NCBI GenBank assembly: GCA_040771865.1
Contig: JAXGZF010000006.1
Coordinates: 248,001 to 312,000, forward strand
Origin: Desulfobacterales bacterium
GTDB taxonomy: Bacteria; Desulfobacterota; Desulfobacteria; Desulfobacterales; UBA2245
Reading direction: 5' to 3'
DNA: 64,000 bases
Part shown: positions 53,731 to 64,000 of the stretch, piece by piece
How the letters are laid out: each line of letters starts with the position of its first letter
Numbering within the stretch: the first letter of the stretch is position 1
Program-made: the position numbers and the translations under genes
Notes under the pieces: model-generated
What the model was told of the DNA's origin: nothing
What the model saw: only the letters and a program-made list of their open reading frames with translations
The model's database searches: none

Positions 53731-54288
53731 TTAAATAAGCGGAAGGCTTCAGGTGCGGCCATTGACGCTTCGGTAACTTCGGGGCTTTCGAGCAACGGAT
53801 CCCTTACGGATTAAAAAATTGACATAATATTAAGTTAATGATTGAAATTCAGGTATTTTTATAATAAATATTCCCAGAACAGGCTGCCGGCCGCCAGATG
53901 GTTGAGCTGAGTGAAGTGGTCTTTGACAAGTAAAATATTCCAAAAACGTTTTGAAATCCGGTTGTTGTCGTTATTCGATACTTTTATGCACATTATCTAG
54001 TGTATAGTATTATAAGCAAACCACTATATAATGGGGAGTTTAAAATTCAGAATGAATCACTATAAAAACTCTTGACTTGATTAAATATTAGCCAATATAC
54101 ATTAAAAAGCCTTTTTACGGACATAAAACGCAATCATTTTTTCGCACATAAGCGGGGAGGGTAAAAGATTACCGTTTGAAGTTATGAGCTATCGATCAGG
54201 CGGTTCCTTAAAATGATAAATTTTACGGAGCTTTGAATTCAGCGCAACTCAAAATAGCTAACGTTTAACCCTTGGCAAAGAGGCAATT

Positions 54289-55344
54289 ATGGCCCTTGTT
54301 AAAAAGACAAATCTTGTCGGTCTTGATATCGGTTCTAGGACGATTAAGGTAGCTGAAATTGCCGATACCCAAAAAAGACCCGTTCTCAAAAAAATCGGCT
54401 TCATCGACATCGCACCCGGCGCTATCGAAGATGGCGCAATCAAGGATCCTGAGTCCGTTGCGGATTCGATTCGAAAGTTGTTTAAAAACGTTGGAATCAA
54501 AAATGAAAATGTCGCGATTTCCATTGGTGGTTATTCAGTTATTGTGAAAAAGATCAATGTGCAGACCATGTCGGAAGAGCGGCTGCATGAGACCATTCAT
54601 TTCGAGGTAGAGCAATACATTCCCTTCGATATCAGCGATGTGAACATTGATTTTCAGATTCTTGGAACGAATGAGGCCAACACGAACCAGATGCAGGTTC
54701 TGCTGGTTGCCGCAAAAAAAGAGATGATCAATGATTACGTCAATCTGATTCAGACCGCGGGGCTAAATCCGTGTATCATCGATATCGACGCTTTTGCGCT
54801 TCAAAATGTGTTCGAGGCCAATTACGATGTGGGCGAAGAAAATGTGGCGTTAATCGATATCGGTGCCAGCAAGACTTCGCTGAATATCCTGAAAGCCGGT
54901 TCTTCGGTTTTCATGCGGGACGTTTCCCTGGGGTGCGGCCAGATCAATCAGCGGATTGCCGGGTTGGCCCAGTGTTCCCTGGCCGAGGCCGAGGCGCTGA
55001 AATTCGGTAAAATGCCGGATAAAATTTCTCAGGATGATTTAAAAGACATCATCGTGACCGTGGTTTCGGATTGGTGCTCCGAAATCAGGCGGGCGCTTGA
55101 CTTTTTTTATTCCACCTACCCTGAAGATCACATCAAGAAAGTATTTCTGAGCGGAGGCGGCGCCAACATCAAGGAGTTCAGGCAACTGCTTGCCGTTGAA
55201 ACCTCCGCAGAGGTTGAAACCATTAATCCCTTTGCAAAGTTGCGAGCGGAATCGGGCAGATACGATGCATCTTACCTTCAACGCATAGCCCCGCAAGCCG
55301 CTATATGTATGGGACTTGCCATGAGAAGGGTTGATGACAAATGA
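54289..55344 (+). CDS. pilM: Type IV pilus assembly protein PilM
   Basis: GLDIGS, DIGA, LSGGGA actin-like motifs. Confidence 0.95.
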   Translation: MALVKKTNLVGLDIGSRTIKVAEIADTQKRPVLKKIGFIDIAPGAIEDGAIKDPESVADSIRKLFKNVGIKNENVAISIGGYSVIVKKINVQTMSEERLHETIHFEVEQYIPFDISDVNIDFQILGTNEANTNQMQVLLVAAKKEMINDYVNLIQTAGLNPCIIDIDAFALQNVFEANYDVGEENVALIDIGASKTSLNILKAGSSVFMRDVSLGCGQINQRIAGLAQCSLAEAEALKFGKMPDKISQDDLKDIIVTVVSDWCSEIRRALDFFYSTYPEDHIKKVFLSGGGANIKEFRQLLAVETSAEVETINPFAKLRAESGRYDASYLQRIAPQAAICMGLAMRRVDDK

Positions 55345-55892
55345 TAAGAATCAATTTACTTCCGTTTCGAGCCGCCAGAAAAAAGGAATATATTCGCAAG
55401 CAGGTTTCCATTTACATTTTATCCATCATCCTGCTTACGTTGGGCCTTATTCTTTTCAACGTGAATCTCGGAAACAAAATTTCCACTTTGGAAACCAATA
55501 TTGATGAGTCAAAGAAACAGATTGCCGCATATGAAAAAATAACCAAGGAAATTGAAGAGATTAAGCAGAAGCTTGCTGTTTTCCGGAAAAAGATCGAGGT
55601 GGTTAAGAATCTGGACCAGAACCGCAAAGTGCCGGTTCAATTGCTGGATACGATGACCCGTATGGTGATTCCCAAACGGCTGTGGTTTACCAGTTTTGAA
55701 TCTACCGGCGGCAAGGTGAACATCACGGGTCTTGCTTTTGACAACAAGACGGTTGCGGATTTCATGACCAATCTGGAGGCCTCAAAACTGTTTAAGTCGG
55801 TCAATCTGATTTCCGTTAAACAGAGCACGGGTAAAGAGAGCACAGGCGGAACCGCCGGCTTGAAAACCTTTCAGGTATCATGTGTGAACTAG
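55341..55892 (+). CDS. pilN: Type IV pilus assembly protein PilN
   Basis: IRINLLP motif plus TM. Confidence 0.95.
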   Translation: MIRINLLPFRAARKKEYIRKQVSIYILSIILLTLGLILFNVNLGNKISTLETNIDESKKQIAAYEKITKEIEEIKQKLAVFRKKIEVVKNLDQNRKVPVQLLDTMTRMVIPKRLWFTSFESTGGKVNITGLAFDNKTVADFMTNLEASKLFKSVNLISVKQSTGKESTGGTAGLKTFQVSCVN

Positions 55893-55931
55893 AATTCTGA
55901 AATTTTACTCGTTCAAACGAGGGCGAAAATA

Positions 55932-56558
55932 ATGAAAAAGGGCAATTTATCTTCCAAGGCCGCACTCTTCTTCGATAAGATTGAGAAGCTTTCCGGTGCA
56001 CAGAGAATCCTGATATGCGTCTTGACTTTTGCGGTTATCATCGGATTTTTTGTATACTTTCTTTTTATGCCTAAGTTTGAGCGCGTCAATGCGCTTTCGG
56101 TGGAATACAAGGAGCTTCAGAACAAGCTTGCCAAGGTGAAGATGGAGGCCGGAAAGCTTCAGCAATACAAAAATGAGTTGAAGGATGTTGAGGCGGAATT
56201 CCGGGTCGTCATGCGGGCTCTCCCTGACAAGCAGGAAATTCCGGCGCTTTTGACCAGCATTTCCGAATCCGGTCAGGAGTCGGGGCTGCAATTTTTGCTG
56301 TTTCAGCCGGGCGCCGAATCTACGAAGGAATTTTATGCGGAAATACCGGTGTCCATCGTCGTAAACGGAAATTACCATAACGTGGCGATGTTTTACGACA
56401 AGGTTTCCCGACTGCCGCGGGTCGTGAATATGCGCGACATAAAAATGTCCATACCGGCCAAGAGTGAAAAATTGCAGACCGTCTGCACGGCGGTCACTTA
56501 TAAATTTGTCGAGACCCCCCCTGCGCCCGCAAAGAAAAAAGAGGGGAAAAAGAAATAA
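55932..56558 (+). CDS. pilO: Type IV pilus assembly protein PilO
   Basis: LPDKQEIP.LL, FYAEIP, G.YH, LPRVVN. Confidence 0.95.
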   Translation: MKKGNLSSKAALFFDKIEKLSGAQRILICVLTFAVIIGFFVYFLFMPKFERVNALSVEYKELQNKLAKVKMEAGKLQQYKNELKDVEAEFRVVMRALPDKQEIPALLTSISESGQESGLQFLLFQPGAESTKEFYAEIPVSIVVNGNYHNVAMFYDKVSRLPRVVNMRDIKMSIPAKSEKLQTVCTAVTYKFVETPPAPAKKKEGKKK

Positions 56559-56567
56559 TTCACCCAA

Positions 56568-57191
56568 TTGAAGAAACGATACGGCATGAATAAATTAATA
56601 GCTTTCATTGGATGGTCTGTCTGCGCGGTCTGCTTGACTGTTTCAGGTTGCGAAAAGGAAAGCCAGGCTCCAACAACGACAAAGATTGTAAAAAAGATCG
56701 TTCAGGAAGAAGCAGGAGCCGTAAAGCCGGTCGAAACCCAAAAACCGGTTGATGGAGCGTCCCCTGCGGCGCCGGCGCCTGAAAAAGAAATCGCTTCTTT
56801 GCCGAAAGAAGAGGTCGCTCCTCCTGTCTGGATATACAATCCGGAGGGGAAAATCGATCCGTTCGAGCCTGCCATGATTGCGGCCGAAGAGGCAGCCGCA
56901 GGCAAAAAGAAGCATTCGAGGCCATTGACGCCTCTGGAAAAATTTGATGTCGGTCAGCTCAAACTGTCCGGCGTCATTCAGGCGCCGAGCGGCAACAGGG
57001 CTCTGGTGGAGGAGGCTTCCGGAAAGGGATATATCGTGGGCCAGGGTGCCTATATCGGAATTTACTCAGGCCGGATTGTGCAGATATTCAATGACCGCAT
57101 AGTCATAGAGGAAGAATTGGAAGACGATCAGGGCAAGACATATGTTCGCCAACGTGAGATGAAACTTCAGAAACCTCCTGGAGAAGAATGA
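56568..57191 (+). CDS. pilP: Type IV pilus assembly lipoprotein PilP
   Basis: Lipobox VSGC, YNP.GK.DPF, PLEKFD..QLKL. Confidence 0.93.
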   Translation: MKKRYGMNKLIAFIGWSVCAVCLTVSGCEKESQAPTTTKIVKKIVQEEAGAVKPVETQKPVDGASPAAPAPEKEIASLPKEEVAPPVWIYNPEGKIDPFEPAMIAAEEAAAGKKKHSRPLTPLEKFDVGQLKLSGVIQAPSGNRALVEEASGKGYIVGQGAYIGIYSGRIVQIFNDRIVIEEELEDDQGKTYVRQREMKLQKPPGEE

Positions 57192-57192
57192 T

Positions 57193-59823
57193 ATGAGAAT
57201 CATGAAATTATCCGGAATTGCGGCGCGGGCAGTTGTCATAGCGGTTTTTGTCGCCATGATGGCAGGATGCACCCATACGGCGTCATCCCCGACAACATCT
57301 GAAATCCAGAAACCCCAATTAATTACAGGCATTGAAGTCGCGCAAACTTCAACCTCGGCGACGGTTCTGATTCAAGGCGATCAGACGCTGACTTACACTG
57401 CCGTCAAGCAACCGCTTCCGTTGGGAGTTGTTCTTTATTTCCCTAACGCTGAATTGTCGAACGCACATGCGCCGGCAACGCCTCAAGGCGCCATCATCAG
57501 CGAGGTGGACGCGGTCGAAATGACGGAAAAGGGGCGGTCGGTGAAGCTGGCGGTTCTGCTGAAGAAAGACCTGCCCTATGAGGTCGTCCGCAGCGCAACG
57601 GGCCTCGAAATTGTGATCAGAGACTCGGAGACCGCCGGAACCGGGCAAGCGGCAAGTCCTTCGATTGCCGCCGCCGGCGTCATACCGGCCAACCTGATGA
57701 CGGTTGAGGCAAGGCCCCTGGAAAACAGCGTGGAAATCAAGGTCAGATCCGATCAGCCGCTTCCGCGTTACGACTTTTTTACGGTGGAAAGTCCGCCGAG
57801 AATTGTCTGCGACATTTACGGCGTTAAAGGGGCAGACAAGGCCGGAGAAGTGATTTCGGTGGATTCCAGGTGGGTCAAGTCCGTCCGTTCTTTTGCCTAT
57901 CCGGACCGGCTGCGCCTGATGATCGATACGGAAACAGCATTTTTGAACGCCTATTCCGCAAGTCCGGTGAATGACGGTCTGGTGATTTCCGTGGGCGCTT
58001 CTTCAGCGGAAATGATTTCAAAAAATCCCCAAAGCCCTGCTCAGGCCCTTACTCCAGGCTCGGGAAAAACGGCGTGGATGAACCGCATCGACTTTGCCAG
58101 CGAAGCGGACGGGAAATCCACCATTATTATAGGTACGACCCTGCCGGTGGAATACGAAATGCGCAAGGTCGATCCAAAGCGCCTTGAATTGAAGCTGTTC
58201 AATACGGGCATTCAGGACTTCCGCAGAAGGCCGCTGATTACAACGCGGTTTGAGAGCGCGGTTGACCGGATTATACCGGTTCAGAACCCCTCGATGAAAA
58301 ACTACTCGATTATATCGATTGAATTGCGGGAGGCGGCGCCGTACTTCATCGAACAGCAGGACGATCTGCTGTTCGTGCATTTTGAACCCTCCTCCGTTCC
58401 GCCGAAGCCCTTGGACCAGGCCAGCCTGGCGCCTTGGGAACGAGTTGTTGCGGAGACCGGAACCAGAGGCCCTGCACGGGTGGAGACGGCCCGGGCGACC
58501 GATGAAGGCGCTGCCGAGGAAAACGTTTTTCAGGGCCGGACGCGAAAGTATACCGGCGAAAAGATCACGCTGGATTTTTACGAGACCGATATAAAAAATG
58601 TGTTCAGAATTCTTCGCGAGGTCAGCGGCAAAAACTTTGCGATTGACAAGGATGTAACCGGAAAGGTGACCCTGACATTTGAACAACCCGTTCCGTGGGA
58701 TCAGGTTCTGGATCTGATTCTGAAAATGAACCACCTGGGAGTGGTGCAGGAGGGAGACATCGTTCGCATCGCCACCCTGGTCACTCTGCAGAAGGAACAG
58801 CAGCTTCAGCAGGCCAAGCTGGAAGCCGAGAAGAAAGCCAAGGAACAGCAGGTTGCGGTTGAACCCCTGATCACCGAATACATTCCGATCAATTACTCGA
58901 ATGCGAAGGCCGACATTCTTCCGCATCTGGAAAAGATTAAAACAGCGGACCGCGGCAGCATCAGCGTGGATGATCGCACCAACATCATCATCATGACGGA
59001 TGTGGCGGCCAAAATAGTTCAGGCCAGAGAGATTGTACAAAAACTGGACCGCGTAACGCCGCAGGTCATTATTGAAGCCAGAATCGTAGAAGCCTCCGAC
59101 ACATTTTCCAGGGAAATCGGTACGGCTTGGAATGTGGACGCCGGCTATCAGGGCGACGAGGGTACCGAAGGATACGATTTTCTGGACGGAATTTCCGGAT
59201 ACAACGCGGGACTTAATTTTCCCGGCAACATTCCGGCCACCTCCTACGGTGCTCTGGGCTTTGATTTCAGAAGAATCGCCGGCTCCCCGTTTTACCTCAG
59301 CGCGGCGATTGCGGCCATGGAAGCCCGCGGCGAAGGCAAGCTGATTTCATCTCCGAAAATCGTCACCCTGGACAACAAAGAGGCATCCATCAAGCAGGGT
59401 GTCGAATACCCCTATCTGGAGCGCGATGAGGCCGGTCTGGCCACCCTCGAATGGAAGGAAATCAATCTGGAGCTCAAGGTGACGCCCCATGTGACCCTGG
59501 ACAACCGGATTTCAATGAAAATATTCATCGAGAAAAACGATCTGGGCAACATTATCAACAATCAGCAGTCCTTTACGACCAAGGGTGCCGAAACCGAGCT
59601 GCTGGTGGACGACGGCGATACGATCGTCATCGGCGGCATCATCAAGCTGACTCAGCACGACGACAAGAGCGGCATTCCTGGGCTGATGGATGTTCCGATT
59701 GTCGGATGGCTTTTCAAAACCAAGTACAAACAGGACAACAAGGAAGAGCTGTTGATTTTTATCACGCCAAAGATCGTTCAGCTTGAACAGCGGATGGCCA
59801 GTTCCGATATTTTGGTAAAATGA
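57193..59823 (+). CDS. pilQ: Type IV pilus secretin PilQ with AMIN domains
   Basis: YTGEKITLDF, VPWDQVLD, QVIIEARIVEA, ELLIFITP. Confidence 0.96.
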   Translation: MRIMKLSGIAARAVVIAVFVAMMAGCTHTASSPTTSEIQKPQLITGIEVAQTSTSATVLIQGDQTLTYTAVKQPLPLGVVLYFPNAELSNAHAPATPQGAIISEVDAVEMTEKGRSVKLAVLLKKDLPYEVVRSATGLEIVIRDSETAGTGQAASPSIAAAGVIPANLMTVEARPLENSVEIKVRSDQPLPRYDFFTVESPPRIVCDIYGVKGADKAGEVISVDSRWVKSVRSFAYPDRLRLMIDTETAFLNAYSASPVNDGLVISVGASSAEMISKNPQSPAQALTPGSGKTAWMNRIDFASEADGKSTIIIGTTLPVEYEMRKVDPKRLELKLFNTGIQDFRRRPLITTRFESAVDRIIPVQNPSMKNYSIISIELREAAPYFIEQQDDLLFVHFEPSSVPPKPLDQASLAPWERVVAETGTRGPARVETARATDEGAAEENVFQGRTRKYTGEKITLDFYETDIKNVFRILREVSGKNFAIDKDVTGKVTLTFEQPVPWDQVLDLILKMNHLGVVQEGDIVRIATLVTLQKEQQLQQAKLEAEKKAKEQQVAVEPLITEYIPINYSNAKADILPHLEKIKTADRGSISVDDRTNIIIMTDVAAKIVQAREIVQKLDRVTPQVIIEARIVEASDTFSREIGTAWNVDAGYQGDEGTEGYDFLDGISGYNAGLNFPGNIPATSYGALGFDFRRIAGSPFYLSAAIAAMEARGEGKLISSPKIVTLDNKEASIKQGVEYPYLERDEAGLATLEWKEINLELKVTPHVTLDNRISMKIFIEKNDLGNIINNQQSFTTKGAETELLVDDGDTIVIGGIIKLTQHDDKSGIPGLMDVPIVGWLFKTKYKQDNKEELLIFITPKIVQLEQRMASSDILVK

Positions 59824-59839
59824 TTGAAAGGAAACCCAA

Positions 59840-62545
59840 ATGAAATTCAGGCGTTCATTTCTCGCTTTATGCATGCTTCTGATCGCTCTATGCACGTTTC
59901 AGCTCGCCGGATGCAGTTCTGGGGGATCCAGCGGCGATGAAGAAACAACAACGACCACCACGACGATTCCGCCAGCGCTGATTGAACCAAGTCAGTCAAA
60001 TACAGTGATAAAAGCCAGCAGCAACAGCGTCAGGGCGGATGATATTGAAATCTCCACGATCACTTTAACCGTAATGGACGCCGATGGAAACAGAATGCCA
60101 AACGAGGCGGTTGCATTCGCAACCAGCCTTGGGACCTGGGTTTCCGCACCCCCGGTTTCGACGGATGCGAACGGCGTTGCCTCGGCGGATCTGAAAAGCG
60201 CCGTACCGGGTTCCGCCATTGTTACCGTAACGGTCGGTGAATTTACCAAAACCGTTAACGTGACGTTTACGGCGGTGCCGGACGTGTTTGCGCTGACCGC
60301 CTCGCAGATTTCCGTTAAAACCGACAATTCGGACAGCACCACGATCAAGGCGACCGTCCTTGATGTCAACCGGGTGCCGGTGAACGGCATCGTTGTCACA
60401 TTCAAAACCGTCGGAGAAGATGGGAATCCGGCCGGACAGATCAGCGCCGCATCGGCGGAGACCGACGCCAACGGTGAGGCAGGCATTGTATTCAGGTCCG
60501 GGACGGTCGAGAAGATCAACCAGGTTGTTGTTATTGAAGCCACTGTTGACGGCATCGAGGATTCAAAGTCATTGCCGATTCTGGTGACAGGCACCCACAT
60601 CACCCTGAGTACAAGCGGCAGCACCAATCTGGAGATCGGCGGGGATGCGACGGACACCCTGACCCTTGTTCTGAAGGATGCGGGCAACAACCCGATCAAC
60701 AATACGGCAATCAACGTAACCGCCGATCCGGATGGTAAGGTGACTCTGGCGCCTGCTGCCGGATACGCGGGTTATACAACGGATATCTCGGGCGTTTTGA
60801 AAATCGACATCACCGGCGTCGGCCCCGGCGTGACCACCGTTACGGCTCGTGCCCTCGGGGCGGTTTCCTCTCAGGCATACAGCGTCGGCGCCGTCGGCGC
60901 GGTGTTCGGCATCGAGACGCCAGGCGAGGATCTTATCGGTTCAAAGCGTCTGGATACGGTCGGCATAGCATCCGGCGCCATGACATTTGCCAATGCCGGA
61001 GACGCCGACACGATCACCGCTTCGGCCGGAGCCTTTGCCCTGTTTTTGGCGGGAGAGCGGATCATGGTGAATGGCACCCTTTCGAACAACGGGGTTTATA
61101 CCATCTCATCCATAGATGGAACCGGCGCTGTCCTGACCCTGTCCGCTGCCGATTCGCTGACCGATGAGGCCTCCGCTGCGGCGACGGTTACCAACGGCGT
61201 GATCATTAAGGTGGCCGCGCCCGCACAGAGCGGCGTGGTTTTTGCCACGACGCTGGGCACTTGGGACGGCGGCGCGGATGCCGTGGTCAACAGGCCGGTG
61301 GTCGACGGCTTTGCATCGGCGGTTTTCAGCGCCTCACTGGCCGGCCTGGCCACGATTCAAGTTTATGATGCAGTCAATCCTGATACTACGGACAGCGTGG
61401 AGGTGGCTATTTCGGCACCCAGTTCAGAGGCGGCCAAGATCGTCCTTCAGTCCAGCGCCTACGTGGTGCTGCCCAGCGTCGGCGTGACGCATACGGCTAC
61501 GCTGACGGCCAAGGTCACCACGGCCGCCGACCAGGCCGTCGGCGGAGCGCCGGTTCATTTTTACATTCTCGATCCGGTGGGCGGCAGTGAAAAAATATCT
61601 CCGGTGGTGGTATTTACCAACGCCAGCGGCTTTGCGACCGCCACCTTTACCTCCGGGTCCGTTCCGACCGGCGCGATGGGCATGACCCTGAGCGCCCGCG
61701 TTGTCGGTACTCCGAGTGTGGAACCGGACAGCATTGCAATCGTCATCGGCGGAACCGCCGGTTCTGTTTGGATCGGCCGCGGATCGGAAATCAAGGTTTT
61801 GAATGAAACCACATACGCCCTGCCCATGTCCGTTCTGGTTGCGGATTCCGCCGGCGTCGTCATGAAAGGCCAAGAGGTGTCGCTGACCGTATGGCCGGCC
61901 ACGTATTCAACCGGCGGATGGTACGATTCGAATCCAGATCCAGAGAAGATAAAATATCTGCCGTACATATCGGGCGCCTTTTTTCCCAATGAGGATATTA
62001 ATGAAAACCTCATTAAAGATGCCGGCGAGGATGTCAACGAGGACGGCGTACTGACCCCGCCGAATTCGGCCGGAGGCGGCATCAACGCGCTGGGCGGGCA
62101 GATCACCGTGGTCACCGGTGAAAACGGGGTTGCCGATTTCGATCTGGTTTACCTGAAAAATTCGGCTGTCTGGATTGCGGACCGGGTCCGGGCCAGCACC
62201 ATGGTTCAGGGCACGGAAATATCTACCTCTCAGACCTTTGTTCTGCCGTATGCAAGATCCGAAGGCGAAGCAGGGCTTCTGGATGACTCTGCCTGGCCGG
62301 TCACCCTGAAGACGGCGGCCGGCAGTTACGCTACCTACCCGTTGCCGGCGTTTGAAGGCGGTGTGACAAACTCATACAGAACTGCCTCACTTTATTCCAC
62401 GATTGACGCTTTAACGGGTGTTTACACGTTTGACGCCAGCAGCTTAGCGCCAGGCGTCTATTGGGATGACGTGACGATCTCCGATCCAACGTATTATTGG
62501 GATGCGGTTTATGTCACCGTGCCCATTCGCATCATTGTTCAATGA
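59840..62545 (+). CDS. Large Ig-like (Big_1/invasin-type) surface lipoprotein
   Basis: Lipobox LAGC, Ser/Thr linker, repeated TDANG.A segments, NEDINENL..GEDVNEDG loops. Confidence 0.8.
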   Translation: MKFRRSFLALCMLLIALCTFQLAGCSSGGSSGDEETTTTTTTIPPALIEPSQSNTVIKASSNSVRADDIEISTITLTVMDADGNRMPNEAVAFATSLGTWVSAPPVSTDANGVASADLKSAVPGSAIVTVTVGEFTKTVNVTFTAVPDVFALTASQISVKTDNSDSTTIKATVLDVNRVPVNGIVVTFKTVGEDGNPAGQISAASAETDANGEAGIVFRSGTVEKINQVVVIEATVDGIEDSKSLPILVTGTHITLSTSGSTNLEIGGDATDTLTLVLKDAGNNPINNTAINVTADPDGKVTLAPAAGYAGYTTDISGVLKIDITGVGPGVTTVTARALGAVSSQAYSVGAVGAVFGIETPGEDLIGSKRLDTVGIASGAMTFANAGDADTITASAGAFALFLAGERIMVNGTLSNNGVYTISSIDGTGAVLTLSAADSLTDEASAAATVTNGVIIKVAAPAQSGVVFATTLGTWDGGADAVVNRPVVDGFASAVFSASLAGLATIQVYDAVNPDTTDSVEVAISAPSSEAAKIVLQSSAYVVLPSVGVTHTATLTAKVTTAADQAVGGAPVHFYILDPVGGSEKISPVVVFTNASGFATATFTSGSVPTGAMGMTLSARVVGTPSVEPDSIAIVIGGTAGSVWIGRGSEIKVLNETTYALPMSVLVADSAGVVMKGQEVSLTVWPATYSTGGWYDSNPDPEKIKYLPYISGAFFPNEDINENLIKDAGEDVNEDGVLTPPNSAGGGINALGGQITVVTGENGVADFDLVYLKNSAVWIADRVRASTMVQGTEISTSQTFVLPYARSEGEAGLLDDSAWPVTLKTAAGSYATYPLPAFEGGVTNSYRTASLYSTIDALTGVYTFDASSLAPGVYWDDVTISDPTYYWDAVYVTVPIRIIVQ

Positions 62546-62564
62546 TTCAGGCTGTTCAATAACT

Positions 62565-62599
62565 AAAAAAGGCCGCGTCCGGTTGGGCGCGGCCTTTTT
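62565..62599 (+). terminator. Intrinsic terminator closing the pil operon
   Basis: AAAAAAGGCCGCG...CGCGGCCTTTTT. Confidence 0.8.
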
Positions 62600-62741
62600 C
62601 ATGTTGTAAACAAAGCCGATGAAAATTGAAAATCCTTGACTAATTTTGTTCAATTGGTCACCATGCCTTTTTAAATTGAGTTCGGCTCATTTCAAGCAAA
62701 ATGCACATCAATTTCATCAAAATTCACGCAGGGAAGAGATC

Positions 62742-64000
62742 ATGGAATTTGAACCGGTCATCGGGCTTGAGGTTCATGCGCAGCTGAAAACGCAAACCAA
62801 GATTTTCTGCGGATGTTCAACCGCCTTCGGAGCGCCGCCCAATACACATACCTGCCCGGTGTGCTTGGGCATGCCCGGCGTGCTGCCGGTGCTCAACCAG
62901 AGCGTGGTGGATTTCAGCCTTCGCATGGCGCTTGCCACGCATTGCGCCATTGCCGGGGAAAGCCGATGGGCCCGCAAAAACTATTTTTATCCGGATCTGC
63001 CCAAGGGGTATCAGATCTCCCAGTATGAGCTTCCCATTGCCGAAGGCGGGTACGTGGACATCGAGATTTCCGGCGAGCTCAAACGCATCGGAATCAACCG
63101 GATTCATATGGAGGAAGACGCGGGAAAACTGCTCCATGATTCAAACCGGCCGGTCTGCAGAGTGGATCTGAATCGTGCCGGAGTGCCGCTGATCGAGATC
63201 GTCAGCGAGCCGGACCTCGGTTCGCCGGAAGAGGCCGGGGCCTATCTCAGGCAGCTGCGGTCGATCCTCCGGTATCTGGATATCTGCGACGGCAACATGG
63301 AGGAGGGCAGCTTCCGGTGCGACGCCAATGTGTCGATACGGCCCAGGGGCGAGAAAAAACTGGGCACCCGCACGGAATTGAAAAATCTGAATTCCTTTCG
63401 GCATGTGGAAAGGGCCATCCAGTACGAGATTGACCGTCAGCGTGATGTGCTGCTCGAGGGCGGAAAGATTGTTCAGGAAACCCGGCTGTGGGATCCGGAT
63501 TCCCAGCGTACCCAGTCGATGAGAAGCAAGGAGGAAGCCCACGATTACCGGTACTTTCCGGATCCGGACCTGCTCCCCCTCGTGGTGGATGTAAACTGGA
63601 TCGAGGATGCCCGAAAAACGCTTCCCGAGCTTCCGGAGGAAAAGCGCAGGCGGTTTATCGATCAGTACGGCCTTTCTTTTCAGGACGCCGAATTTCTGAC
63701 GGCAGGCCGTCCACTGGCCGATTATTTTGAAGCCTGCGTTTCCCTGTTTCCCAATCCACGGCAGGTGAACAACTGGGTGACGGGAGAGCTGATGCGGGTT
63801 TTGAATTCGGCCGGAAAATCCGTTGAAGAGACCCCCGTTGCAGCGGAAAGTCTTGCCGAACTGCTCCGGTTGATGGAAGCCGGCGTGATCAGCGGCAAAA
63901 TCGCCAAAACCGTGTTTGATGAAATGGCCGATACCGGTCGAAGCGCATTCGAGATCGTTGAGAAAAAAGGCCTGAAGCAGGTGACGGATTCATCCGCCAT
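62742..64000 (+). CDS. gatB: Asp/Glu-tRNA amidotransferase subunit B (3'-truncated by the window edge)
   Basis: Manual translation [46 protein letters not shown]. Confidence 0.97.
   Translation, partial: MEFEPVIGLEVHAQLKTQTKIFCGCSTAFGAPPNTHTCPVCLGMPGVLPVLNQSVVDFSLRMALATHCAIAGESRWARKNYFYPDLPKGYQISQYELPIAEGGYVDIEISGELKRIGINRIHMEEDAGKLLHDSNRPVCRVDLNRAGVPLIEIVSEPDLGSPEEAGAYLRQLRSILRYLDICDGNMEEGSFRCDANVSIRPRGEKKLGTRTELKNLNSFRHVERAIQYEIDRQRDVLLEGGKIVQETRLWDPDSQRTQSMRSKEEAHDYRYFPDPDLLPLVVDVNWIEDARKTLPELPEEKRRRFIDQYGLSFQDAEFLTAGRPLADYFEACVSLFPNPRQVNNWVTGELMRVLNSAGKSVEETPVAAESLAELLRLMEAGVISGKIAKTVFDEMADTGRSAFEIVEKKGLKQVTDSSA

Noticed and set aside
53735..54288. Possible c-di-GMP riboswitch or sigma-54 promoter upstream of pilM
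   Set aside because: No recognisable GEMM core or -24/-12 consensus; the region is simply AT-rich
62548..62559. CAGGCTGTTCAA resembling the MITE terminus
   Set aside because: Only 12 bp, with no internal sequence or partner end

Overview
This window looks like chromosomal DNA from an anaerobic Desulfobacterota (deltaproteobacterial, probably sulfate-reducing) bacterium, inferred from a DsrC-like protein, AhbA, an OrpR-like activator and a DsrMK/TmcBC-like pair. The first ~8.1 kb is a decayed accessory island. It holds an intact BsuBI/PstI-family restriction-modification pair and katG, two RAYT (Y1 transposase) 5' remnants each followed by part of a SAM methyltransferase, a group II intron domain V/VI remnant, an IS21 end, a MITE and degenerate attC-like cassette sites. 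The remainder is largely core genome: tRNA-Ala(GGC), rlmI, a stand-alone fusA, parAB, ispH, plsY, recD2, msrAB, miaA, pilMNOPQ and partial gatB. Several uncharacterised modules sit among these: a PTS-IIA/PII-like pair facing two divergent cation:proton antiporters, an OrpR-like sigma-54 operon, an acetate/CoA-transferase region with a repeat-bounded insert, a TusA-NarI-CCG Fe-S cluster near a DsrC homolog with an unusual GCCI tail, and a large Ig-like lipoprotein after pilQ. A 143-bp MITE occurs three times. No CRISPR array or rRNA was seen. All calls come from motif recognition by eye; no database searches were run.
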